Below are positions 1 to 6,790 of a stretch of DNA of 6,921 nt, in pieces. Position 1 is the first letter of the stretch. Each line of letters opens with the position of its first letter. The position numbers and the translations under genes are program-made. The notes under the pieces are model-generated. The model was not told the DNA's origin, searched no databases, and saw nothing but the letters and a program-made list of their open reading frames with translations. The stretch is from IMG/VR virus record IMGVR_UViG_2563366929_000003; one strand, given 5' to 3'. Source of the DNA: a virus (lineage: Duplodnaviria; Heunggongvirae; Uroviricota; Caudoviricetes).

Positions 1-52
1 AAAGGGCCTTCCCGAGAGTGGTAAAGGAGAGGCCCTGGAAATACCCCACAGC

Positions 53-89
53 CCCGAAAAAGAGCCAGTCAGTTGCTTAACTGACTGGC
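53..89 (-). terminator. Putative intrinsic terminator for the minus-strand two-gene cassette: perfect 11-bp stem (64-74 gccagtcagtt / 79-89 aactgactggc) with 4-nt loop, followed on the minus strand by a T-rich run (rc of 53-63 = TCTTTTTCGGG)
   Basis: Read directly: perfect inverted repeat with gctt loop overlapping the stop codon (77-79) of the minus-strand ORF; a T-run follows in the minus orientation only. Confidence 0.5.
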
Positions 90-388
90 ATTACTGCTGT
101 AGCAAGATTTTTCCTGTATTCGTAAAATGATAACTCTCCTGATTTGAATCCTTTTAAGGTGGCTTCTATAAGGCATTTATTTTTTGAAAATCTTACATTT
201 ACAACCTTACCCTGTCCTTTTATTAAAACCGTATTATCGTTTTCAAGAACAAGATGAATATTCTCTGTGGCTAAATAGTAAATGTAATGTGAGACATTGT
301 GACGTTTTAGTTCAGAATAAAACCAGTGATAGTTTAAATTATTTCGCACTTTATCGAATATTTGTTTAAAAATGGCAATCTGAGCCAT
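77..388 (-). CDS. Hypothetical small protein (~103 aa), AT-rich accessory (moron-like) gene of unknown function; second gene of the minus-strand cassette
   Basis: ORF track 77..403 (108 aa). The first ATG (403) has no purine-rich Shine-Dalgarno upstream (upstream is a C7 tract), whereas the second in-frame ATG (386-388) is preceded by GAAGG at a 7-nt spacing, so the start at 388 is preferred. Region about 120-400 is far more AT-rich than the structural genes. I recognise no family. Confidence 0.5.
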   Translation of the reverse strand: MAQIAIFKQIFDKVRNNLNYHWFYSELKRHNVSHYIYYLATENIHLVLENDNTVLIKGQGKVVNVRFSKNKCLIEATLKGFKSGELSFYEYRKNLATAVMPVS

Positions 389-445
389 TGTAGTACCTTC
401 CATGTGATATGAGGGGGGGTAGTCTGCACGATTATCTAAATTGCT

Positions 446-679
446 TCAATCTGGTCTGACCTGTTTTCTGAGCAATTCAGTAATGTCACTCTTTTCTTTG
501 TTTGCTTCAGGCGAAACTCTTTTTTCTGAGCACAGTCTCCGGCGGCAGGCTTCAATGACCCAGGCTGAGAAATTCCCGGACCCTTTTTGAACAAGAGCGA
601 TGTTAATTTGTTCAATCATTTGGTTAGGAAAGCGGATGTTGCGGGTTGTTGTTCTGCGGGTTCTGTTCTTCGTTGACAT
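446..679 (-). CDS. Small basic DNA-binding protein, ribbon-helix-helix-like (77 aa); resembles the small YnfO/YlcI-type proteins that E. coli cryptic prophages encode next to their Nu1 homologues (recollection, unverified)
   Basis: ORF track 446..679. Basic N-terminal arm (MSTKNRTRRTTTR), then a predicted beta-strand (NIRFP), helix (NQMIEQINIALVQ), a G-x-S/N turn (KGSGN) and second helix (FSAWVIEACRRRL), the typical RHH (Arc/MetJ/CopG-like) layout. Sits divergently just upstream of cos and the Nu1 gene. Confidence 0.65.
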   Translation of the reverse strand: MSTKNRTRRTTTRNIRFPNQMIEQINIALVQKGSGNFSAWVIEACRRRLCSEKRVSPEANKEKSDITELLRKQVRPD

Positions 680-878
680 GAGGTTGCCCTGTATTCAGTG
701 TCGCTGATTTGTATTGTCTGAAGTTGTTTTTACGTTAGGTTGATGCAGATCAATTAATACGATACCTGCGTCATAATTGATTATTTGACGTGGTTTGATG
801 GCCTCCACGCACGTTGTGATATGTAGATGATAATCATTATCGCTTTACGGGTCCTTTCCGGTGATCCGACAGGTTACG

Positions 879-890
879 GGGCGGCGACCT
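879..890. other. cosN: cosN: 12-nt cohesive-end sequence GGGCGGCGACCT (terminase nicking site) of a lambda/21-type cos phage
   Basis: Read directly: 847-878 (acgggtcctttccggtgatccgacaggttacg) matches the lambda right-end sequence as I recall it, followed by gggcggcgacct, then cgcggtttttcactatttatgaaaatttt, nearly identical to the lambda left end. Nu1/A homologues lie immediately downstream. Confidence 0.85.
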
Positions 891-1042
891 CGCGGTTTTT
901 CACTATTTATGAAAATTTTTCAGGGAAAATCGTGTCGGTACTTCTCGAATATAACTTTTTGTTTTTTTTTAATATTGCATTCATAAATGTCCGACATGAA
1001 AGTGTCCGAAAATGCCTTTTTCTGGCGTTTTCATGTCGGGCC
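891..1042. promoter_or_regulatory. cosB: Putative cosB: terminase small-subunit binding repeats (R-like elements containing TTTCATGTCGG / CCGACATGAAA) plus an AT-rich tract (948-985, T5GT9) that may be an IHF/bending site
   Basis: Read directly: 11-bp inverted repeat 991-1001 ccgacatgaaa / 1029-1039 tttcatgtcgg, a related partial copy at 1003-1014 (gtgtccgaaaatg), and a weaker related copy at about 892-905. Position between cosN and the Nu1 start is analogous to the lambda R3-I1-R2-R1 layout, but the repeat sequence differs from the lambda CGTTTCC-type R sites as I recall them. Confidence 0.4.
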
Positions 1043-1067
1043 TTGTATTTGATAATGGGTTGTTTTC

Positions 1068-1616
1068 ATGAAGGTTAATAAAAAGAGGCTTGCCGAAATT
1101 TTTAACGTGGACCCGCGGACGATTGAACGCTGGCAGTCTCAGGGACTCCCTTGCGCCTCCAAAGGTAGTAAGGGCATTGAATCTGTATTTGATACTGCCA
1201 TGGCAATTCAGTGGTATGCGCAGAGGGAAACTGATATCGAAAACGAAAAGCTCCGCAAAGAACTGGCCGATTTGCGTGCGGCAGCGGAGTCAGATTTACA
1301 ACCCGGCACCATTGACTATGAACGCTACCGGCTCACAAAAGCGCAGGCAGATGCGCAGGAACTGAAAAATGCCCGTGAAGACGGAGTGGTGCTGGAAACT
1401 GAACTGTTTACCTTCATTCTGCAACGTGTGGCACAGGAGATTTCGGGGATACTTGTGCGTGTGCCGTTGACATTACAGCGTAAATATCCGGACATTTCAC
1501 CATCACACCTTGATGTGGTGAAAACTGAAATCGCGAAAGCCTCCAATGTTGCAGCTAAGGCCGGTGAAAACGTGGGCGGGTGGATCGATGATTTCAGACG
1601 CGCAGAAGGCAGCTAA
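1068..1616 (+). CDS. nu1: Terminase small subunit (lambda Nu1-like / phage 21 gp1-like), N-terminal winged-HTH DNA-binding domain
   Basis: ORF track 1068..1616 (182 aa). N-terminus [26 protein letters not shown]...[17 protein letters not shown] closely parallels lambda Nu1 (MEVNKKQLADIF...TIQNWQEQG...WYAERDAEIENEKLRRE) by recollection. First gene after cos; length matches Nu1 (181 aa). Confidence 0.9.
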   Translation: MKVNKKRLAEIFNVDPRTIERWQSQGLPCASKGSKGIESVFDTAMAIQWYAQRETDIENEKLRKELADLRAAAESDLQPGTIDYERYRLTKAQADAQELKNAREDGVVLETELFTFILQRVAQEISGILVRVPLTLQRKYPDISPSHLDVVKTEIAKASNVAAKAGENVGGWIDDFRRAEGS

Positions 1617-3516
1617 TGCAGCCGGTGCGATAGCTACAGGGCTTTTATCTCTCATTATTCCTGTTCCACTGACGACAGTTCAGTGGGCCAATAAACATTA
1701 TTACCTTCCTAAAGAGTCGTCTTATACCCCGGGGCGGTGGGAAACACTGCCGTTTCAGGTTGGCATCATGAACTGTATGGGCAACGATTTGATTCGCACT
1801 GTTAACCTGATTAAATCTGCCCGTGTTGGTTATACAAAGATGTTGCTGGGAGTGGAGGCTTATTTTATTGAGCATAAATCACGCAACAGCCTTCTTTTTC
1901 AGCCCACGGACTCAGCTGCTGAAGATTTTATGAAATCTCATGTTGAGCCAACGATAAGGGATGTTCCTGCATTGCTGGAGCTGGCTCCATGGTTCGGAAG
2001 AAAACACCGCGATAATACGCTCACCCTGAAGCGTTTTTCCTCCGGTGTGGGGTTCTGGTGTCTGGGTGGTGCGGCAGCAAAAAACTACCGTGAAAAATCC
2101 GTGGATGTGGTCTGTTATGACGAGCTTTCCTCGTTCGAACCGGATGTTGAAAAAGAGGGTTCGCCAACCCTGCTGGGGGATAAACGTATTGAGGGCTCTG
2201 TATGGCCAAAATCCATTCGCGGCTCGACGCCTAAAATCAAAGGCTCCTGCCAGATCGAAAAAGCCGCTAACGAGTCGGCACACTTCATGCGTTTTTATGT
2301 GCCCTGTCCGCACTGTGGGGAGGAGCAGTATCTGAAATTTGGCGATGATGCCTCGCCTTTCGGTCTTAAGTGGGAGAAGAATAAGCCAGAAAGTGTTTTC
2401 TACCTTTGTGAGCATCATGGCTGTGTGATCCATCAGTCTGAGCTTGACCAGAGTAACGGGCGGTGGATCTGTGAAAACACGGGCATGTGGACCCGTGACG
2501 GCCTGATGTTTTTCAGCGCCCGGGGTGATGAAATTCCGCCGCCGCGCTCCATCACTTTCCATATCTGGACGGCGTACAGTCCGTTCACCACCTGGGTACA
2601 GATTGTCTATGACTGGCTGGATGCACTGAAAGATCCCAACGGCCTGAAAACCTTTGTGAACACCACGCTGGGCGAGACCTGGGAAGAGGCTGTGGGCGAA
2701 AAACTCGATCACCAGGTGCTGATGGATAAGGTTGTGCGTTACACGGCGGCGGTGCCTGCCCGGGTGGTTTATCTGACGGCGGGCATTGACTCGCAGCGAA
2801 ACCGTTTTGAGATGTATGTCTGGGGATGGGCTCCGGGAGAGGAAGCCTTTCTGGTGGATAAAATCATCATTATGGGGCGTCCCGATGAGGAAGAGACGCT
2901 GTTACGTGTGGATGCGGCGATCAACAAAAAATACCGCCATGCAGACGGAACCGAAATGACCATTTCCCGTGTCTGCTGGGACACCGGGGGGATCGATGGC
3001 GAAATCGTTTATCAGAGGTCAAAAAAACACGGTGTTTTCCGGGTGCTGCCGGTAAAAGGTGCATCTGTTTATGGCAAGCCGGTGATCACCATGCCAAAAA
3101 CCCGCAATCAGCGGGGCGTGTATCTGTGCGAAGTGGGGACGGACACCGCAAAAGAAATTCTCTATGCCCGTATGAAAGCCGATCCCACGCCTGCGGATGA
3201 AGCCACGTCGTATGCCATCCGTTTTCCTGATGATCCGGAGATTTTTTCGCAGACAGAGGCGCAGCAACTGGTGGCGGAAGAGCTTGTGGAGAAGTGGGAA
3301 AAAGGAAAGATGCGTCTGCTGTGGGATAACAAAAAGCGGCGTAACGAAGCGCTGGACTGCCTGGTGTATGCCTACGCGGCATTACGTGTGTCCGTGCAAC
3401 GCTGGCAGCTTGATCTGGCTGTACTGGCAAAATCCCGGGAAGAAGAGACGACCCGGCCAACCCTTAAAGAACTGGCAGCGAAGCTGTCCGGAGGAGTGAA
3501 TGGTTACAGTCGCTGA
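1588..3516 (+). CDS. A: Terminase large subunit (lambda gpA-like); ATPase/translocase plus endonuclease
   Basis: ORF track 1546..3516. Contains [10 protein letters not shown] at 1813-1842 (lambda Walker-A-like segment KSARVGYS), [20 protein letters not shown]...CEHHGC (2305-2424) and C-terminal RRNEALDC, all paralleling lambda gpA by recollection. Preferred start is ATG 1588 (MISDAQ...), giving 642 aa against lambda's 641 and overlapping the Nu1 end by 29 nt; the longer ATG 1546 is possible. Confidence 0.88.
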   Translation: MISDAQKAANAAGAIATGLLSLIIPVPLTTVQWANKHYYLPKESSYTPGRWETLPFQVGIMNCMGNDLIRTVNLIKSARVGYTKMLLGVEAYFIEHKSRNSLLFQPTDSAAEDFMKSHVEPTIRDVPALLELAPWFGRKHRDNTLTLKRFSSGVGFWCLGGAAAKNYREKSVDVVCYDELSSFEPDVEKEGSPTLLGDKRIEGSVWPKSIRGSTPKIKGSCQIEKAANESAHFMRFYVPCPHCGEEQYLKFGDDASPFGLKWEKNKPESVFYLCEHHGCVIHQSELDQSNGRWICENTGMWTRDGLMFFSARGDEIPPPRSITFHIWTAYSPFTTWVQIVYDWLDALKDPNGLKTFVNTTLGETWEEAVGEKLDHQVLMDKVVRYTAAVPARVVYLTAGIDSQRNRFEMYVWGWAPGEEAFLVDKIIIMGRPDEEETLLRVDAAINKKYRHADGTEMTISRVCWDTGGIDGEIVYQRSKKHGVFRVLPVKGASVYGKPVITMPKTRNQRGVYLCEVGTDTAKEILYARMKADPTPADEATSYAIRFPDDPEIFSQTEAQQLVAEELVEKWEKGKMRLLWDNKKRRNEALDCLVYAYAALRVSVQRWQLDLAVLAKSREEETTRPTLKELAAKLSGGVNGYSR

Positions 3517-3706
3517 ACTGCAGGCGCTGCGTCAGGCGCGCCTTGATTTATTAACCGGTAAACGGGTGGTGTCTGTCCAGAAAGATGGTCGCAGAATTGA
3601 ATATACGGCAGCTTCTCTGGATGAGCTTAACCGGGCGATCAATGATGCGGAGTCGGTACTGGGGACAACCCGCCGTCGCCGTCGTCCGCTGGGAGTGAGG
3701 TTATGA
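3500..3706 (+). CDS. W: Head-tail joining / head completion protein (lambda gpW-like), 68 aa
   Basis: ORF track 3500..3706. Same length as lambda gpW; motif LTGKRVVSVQKDGRRIEYTA parallels lambda W ([20 protein letters not shown]). GGAGGAG at 3491-3497 just upstream of the ATG; overlaps the end of A by 17 nt. Confidence 0.85.
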   Translation: MVTVAELQALRQARLDLLTGKRVVSVQKDGRRIEYTAASLDELNRAINDAESVLGTTRRRRRPLGVRL

Positions 3707-5295
3707 AACGAACGCCTGTCCTGATTGATGTGAACGGCGTTCCGCTTCGTGAGAGTCTCAGCTACAACGGGGGCGGTGCAGGATTTGGCGGGCAAATGGC
3801 TGAGTGGTTGCCACCGGCGCAGAGTGCCGATGCGGCCCTGCTGCCCGCGTTGCGTCTGGGGAATGCCCGGGCAGATGATCTGGTGCGCAATAACGGAATA
3901 GCGGCCAATGCGGTGGCCCTGCATAAGGATCACATTGTCGGGCATATGTTTCTGATCAGCTACCGTCCGAACTGGCGCTGGCTGGGGATGCGGGAGACCG
4001 CGGCAAAAAGCTTTGTCGATGAGGTGGAGGCGGCCTGGTCAGAATACGCCGAAGGGATGTTTGGCGAGATCGACGTGGAAGGGAAACGCACGTTCACGGA
4101 ATTTATCCGTGAAGGTGTGGGCGTTCATGCGTTTAACGGCGAAATCTTTGTGCAGCCGGTCTGGGATACGGAGAGTACGCAACTGTTTCGTACGCGTTTT
4201 AAAGCCGTGAGTCCGAAACGGGTGGACACGCCAGGACACGGTATCGGGAACCGTTTTCTGCGGGCCGGTGTGGAGGTTGATCGATATGGCCGTGCCGTTG
4301 CGTACCATATCTGTGAGGATGATTTTCCTCGCTCCGGGAGTGGACGATGGGAACGGATCCCGCGTGAACTACCCACCGGGCGTCCGGCCATGCTGCATAT
4401 TTTCGAGCCGGTGGAGGACGGGCAGACCCGTGGGGCTAATCAGTTTTACAGCGTCATGGAACGGCTGAAGATGCTCGATTCCCTGCAGGCAACACAGCTT
4501 CAGTCGGCCATAGTGAAGGCGATGTATGCAGCGACGATTGAAAGTGAACTTGATACCGAAAAGGCCTTTGAATATATCGCCGGCGCGCCACAGGAGCAGA
4601 AGGATAATCCGCTTATTAATATTCTGGAGAAGTTTTCCAGCTGGTATGACACGAATAACGTGACACTGGGCGGTGTCAAAATTCCGCACCTTTTCCCTGG
4701 TGATGATCTGAAACTACAGACTGCGCAGGATTCAGACAATGGATTTTCTGCGCTTGAACAGGCGCTGCTGCGGTATATCGCCGCCGGTCTTGGCGTTTCC
4801 TACGAACAGTTGTCCCGTGATTACTCGAAGGTCAGTTACTCAAGTGCCCGCGCCTCCGCCAATGAGTCGTGGCGCTATTTTATGGGGCGGCGAAAATTTA
4901 TTGCGGCCCGGCTGGCCACGCAGATGTTTTCCTGCTGGCTGGAAGAGGCACTTCTTCGGGGGATTATTCGTCCGCCACGGGCACGTTTTGATTTTTATCA
5001 GGCGCGATCAGCCTGGTCACGGGCAGAGTGGATTGGTGCCGGAAGAATGGCCATTGACGGGCTCAAGGAAGTCCAGGAATCAGTGATGCGCATTGAGGCC
5101 GGACTGAGCACGTATGAGAAAGAGCTGGCGCTGATGGGCGAGGATTATCAGGACATTTTCCGCCAGCAGGTCAGGGAATCTGCTGAGCGGCAAAAAGCCG
5201 GACTCTCACGTCCGGTGTGGATAGCGCAGGCGTATCAGCAGCAGATAGCGGAGAGTCGCAGGCCGGAAGAGGAGACAACACCACGTGAGACGTAA
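3703..5295 (+). CDS. B: Portal protein (lambda gpB-like), 530 aa
   Basis: ORF track 3703..5295. Position between W and the protease gene and size (lambda B is 533 aa) match; ATGA start/stop overlap with W; GGAG in the 3691-3699 region upstream. Confidence 0.88.
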   Translation: MKRTPVLIDVNGVPLRESLSYNGGGAGFGGQMAEWLPPAQSADAALLPALRLGNARADDLVRNNGIAANAVALHKDHIVGHMFLISYRPNWRWLGMRETAAKSFVDEVEAAWSEYAEGMFGEIDVEGKRTFTEFIREGVGVHAFNGEIFVQPVWDTESTQLFRTRFKAVSPKRVDTPGHGIGNRFLRAGVEVDRYGRAVAYHICEDDFPRSGSGRWERIPRELPTGRPAMLHIFEPVEDGQTRGANQFYSVMERLKMLDSLQATQLQSAIVKAMYAATIESELDTEKAFEYIAGAPQEQKDNPLINILEKFSSWYDTNNVTLGGVKIPHLFPGDDLKLQTAQDSDNGFSALEQALLRYIAAGLGVSYEQLSRDYSKVSYSSARASANESWRYFMGRRKFIAARLATQMFSCWLEEALLRGIIRPPRARFDFYQARSAWSRAEWIGAGRMAIDGLKEVQESVMRIEAGLSTYEKELALMGEDYQDIFRQQVRESAERQKAGLSRPVWIAQAYQQQIAESRRPEEETTPRET

Positions 5296-6790
5296 TCTTT
5301 CACACATTATTGCCGCAGCATTCAATGAACCGCTGCTTCTGGAGCCCGCCTATGCGCGGGTTTTCTTTTGCGCGCTCGGGCGCGAGATGGGGGCAGCAAG
5401 TCTTTCGGTACCGCAACAGCAGGTACAGCTTGATGCTCCCGGGATGCTGGCTGAAACGGACGAGTACATGGCCGGAGGTAAACGACCGGCCCGTGTTTAC
5501 CGGGTGGTGAACGGTATTGCGGTACTGCCGGTGACCGGCACGCTGGTGCACCGGCTGGGGGGGATGCGGCCATTTTCCGGAATGACTGGCTATGACGGCA
5601 TTGTCGCCTGTCTTCAGCAGGCAATGGCAGATAGCCAGGTGCGGGGCGTACTGCTGGACATTGACAGTCCGGGCGGGCAGGCCGCCGGCGCGTTTGACTG
5701 CGCTGACATGATTTACCGCCTCCGGCAGCAGAAGCCGGTCTGGGCACTGTGCAATGACACGGCCTGTTCTGCAGCCATGCTGCTGGCGTCGGCCTGCTCC
5801 CGACGGCTGGTTACCCAGACATCCCGTATCGGCTCCATTGGCGTGATGATGAGCCATGTCAGCTATGCCGGTCATCTGGCGCAGGCCGGTGTGGATATCA
5901 CGCTGATTTACTCAGGGGCGCACAAGGTGGATGGCAATCAGTTTGAAGCGTTGCCGGCAGAGGTTCGCCAGGACATGCAGCAGCGGATTGATGCGGCGCG
6001 CCGGATGTTTGCCGAAAAAGTGGCGATGTTTACCGGTCTGTCTGTTGATGCAGTCACGGGAACAGAGGCCGCCGTTTTTGAAGGTCAGTCCGGCATTGAG
6101 GCCGGGCTGGCGGATGAATTAATCAATGCGTCGGATGCCATCAGTGTGATGGCCACGGCGCTGAACAGTAATGTCAGAGGAGGTACTATGCCGCAATTAA
6201 CTGCAACGGAAGCCGCCGCGCAGGAGAACCAGCGAGTGATGGGGATCCTGACATGCCAGGAAGCGAAAGGACGTGAACAGCTTGCCACGATGCTGGCAGG
6301 ACAACAGGGCATGAGCGTTGAACAGGCCCGGGCGATTCTGGCCGCGGCGGCACCGCAGCAGCCGGTGGCATCCGCGCAGAGTGAAGCCGATCGCATTATG
6401 GCGTGTGAAGAAGCGAACGGTCGTGAACAACTGGCGGCAACGCTGGCGGCGATGCCGGAGATGACGGTGGAAAAAGCCCGCCCGATCCTGGCGGCTGCAC
6501 CACTGGCGGATGCCGGGCCCTCGCTTCGTGATCAGATCATGGCACTGGATGAGGCAAAAGGGGCAGAAGCGCAGGCTGAACAACTGGCTGCCTGCCCGGG
6601 AATGACAGTGGAGAGCGCCCGGGCTGTGCTGGCTGCGGGATCAGGTAAGGCAGAACCGGTCTCTGCATCCACAACCGCCCTGTTTGAACATTTCATGGCG
6701 AACCATTCACCGGCAGCGGTACAGGGTGGCGTGGCACAGACGTCAGCAGACGGTGATGCGGACGTGAAAATGCTCATGGCCATGCCATGA
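5285..6790 (+). CDS. C: Prohead protease, S49 peptidase family (lambda gpC-like), with C-terminal scaffold-like repeat domain
   Basis: ORF track 5285..6790 (501 aa), GTG start overlapping the portal stop by 11 nt, GGAG at 5271-5274. N-terminal 300 aa parallel lambda C (AFNEPLLLEPAYARVFFCALG; GIAVLPVTGTLV; MTGYDGI; GAFDCADMI; KPVWAL; SRRLVTQTSRIGSIGVMM; ITLIYSGAHKVDGN) by recollection. Confidence 0.88.
   Translation: MRRNLSHIIAAAFNEPLLLEPAYARVFFCALGREMGAASLSVPQQQVQLDAPGMLAETDEYMAGGKRPARVYRVVNGIAVLPVTGTLVHRLGGMRPFSGMTGYDGIVACLQQAMADSQVRGVLLDIDSPGGQAAGAFDCADMIYRLRQQKPVWALCNDTACSAAMLLASACSRRLVTQTSRIGSIGVMMSHVSYAGHLAQAGVDITLIYSGAHKVDGNQFEALPAEVRQDMQQRIDAARRMFAEKVAMFTGLSVDAVTGTEAAVFEGQSGIEAGLADELINASDAISVMATALNSNVRGGTMPQLTATEAAAQENQRVMGILTCQEAKGREQLATMLAGQQGMSVEQARAILAAAAPQQPVASAQSEADRIMACEEANGREQLAATLAAMPEMTVEKARPILAAAPLADAGPSLRDQIMALDEAKGAEAQAEQLAACPGMTVESARAVLAAGSGKAEPVSASTTALFEHFMANHSPAAVQGGVAQTSADGDADVKMLMAMP
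6188..6790 (+). CDS. nu3: Nested in-frame scaffold protein (lambda Nu3-like), translated from an internal start within the protease gene; 200 aa
   Basis: Read directly: strong Shine-Dalgarno GAGGAGG (6176-6182) 5 nt upstream of an in-frame ATG at 6188 (codon 302 of the protease ORF). The product is Ala/Glu/Gln-rich, low-complexity and repeat-containing, as expected of a scaffold. Lambda has the same C/Nu3 nested arrangement. Confidence 0.6.
   Translation: MPQLTATEAAAQENQRVMGILTCQEAKGREQLATMLAGQQGMSVEQARAILAAAAPQQPVASAQSEADRIMACEEANGREQLAATLAAMPEMTVEKARPILAAAPLADAGPSLRDQIMALDEAKGAEAQAEQLAACPGMTVESARAVLAAGSGKAEPVSASTTALFEHFMANHSPAAVQGGVAQTSADGDADVKMLMAMP
6224..6670 (+). repeat. Three tandem, diverged ~48-53-aa protein-level repeats within the scaffold/Nu3 region (units approx 6224-6382, 6383-6526, 6527-6670)
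   Basis: Read from the translation: ENQRVMGILTCQEAKGREQLATMLAGQQGMSVEQARAILAAAAPQ / EADRIMACEEANGREQLAATLAAMPEMTVEKARPILAAAPLA / RDQIMALDEAKGAEAQAEQLAACPGMTVESARAVLAAGSG. All units are in the same frame with 159- and 144-nt spacing; DNA identity between units is only partial. Confidence 0.7.

Noticed and set aside
3-37. Short inverted repeat agggcc (3-8) / ggccct (32-37)
   Set aside because: Only a 6-bp stem with a 23-nt loop; too weak to call a structured element.
184-369. 61-aa + strand ORF antisense to the minus-strand 103-aa gene
   Set aside because: Lies wholly inside the better-supported minus-strand gene, has no ribosome-binding site, and its AT-rich low-complexity translation (LLLKPYYRF...) is what a chance ORF looks like here.
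680-830. Sigma-70 promoter for the minus-strand cassette
   Set aside because: I looked for -35/-10 hexamers upstream of the RHH gene on the minus strand. Only weak candidates exist (e.g. a TTGATC ... TAAAAA pair with suboptimal spacing), so I cannot call a promoter with confidence; transcript mapping is needed.
827-1078. 83-aa + strand ORF spanning cos
   Set aside because: It runs straight through cosN and the cosB repeats, which are non-coding DNA sites conserved with lambda, and ends overlapping the Nu1 start; it is an artefact of an open frame.
1090-1365. 91-aa + strand ORF in an alternative frame inside the Nu1 gene, and the antisense 73-aa ORF at 1325..1546
   Set aside because: Both are embedded in the Nu1-like gene, whose frame is supported by strong similarity to lambda Nu1; there is no independent start signal.
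1645-3460. Multiple antisense or alternate-frame ORFs inside the terminase large-subunit gene (1645..1875 -, 1912..2712 - 266 aa, 2021..2209 -, 2045..2335 +, 2769..2984 -, 3019..3267 -, 3086..3460 -, 3197..3499 +)
   Set aside because: All lie within the gpA-like gene, whose frame is supported along its whole length by conserved motifs. The translations are Arg/Pro/Gly-rich, as expected from out-of-frame reading of GC-rich coding DNA.
3532-5086. Antisense and alternate-frame ORFs inside the W and portal genes (3532..3945 -, 4013..4210 +, 4039..4308 -, 4125..4391 -, 4268..4468 +, 4369..4689 -, 4500..4739 -, 4739..5086 +)
   Set aside because: Same reasoning: embedded in well-supported coding frames, no start signals, compositionally biased translations.
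5300-6783. Antisense and alternate-frame ORFs inside the protease/scaffold gene (5300..5875 - 191 aa, 5322..5747 -, 5310..5510 +, 5931..6122 +, 6085..6396 -, 6186..6371 -, 6197..6583 -, 6532..6783 -)
   Set aside because: This GC-rich, Ala-codon-rich region keeps several frames open by chance. The sense frame is supported by S49 protease similarity and the repeat structure, and the antisense translations are Arg/Cys/Pro-rich.
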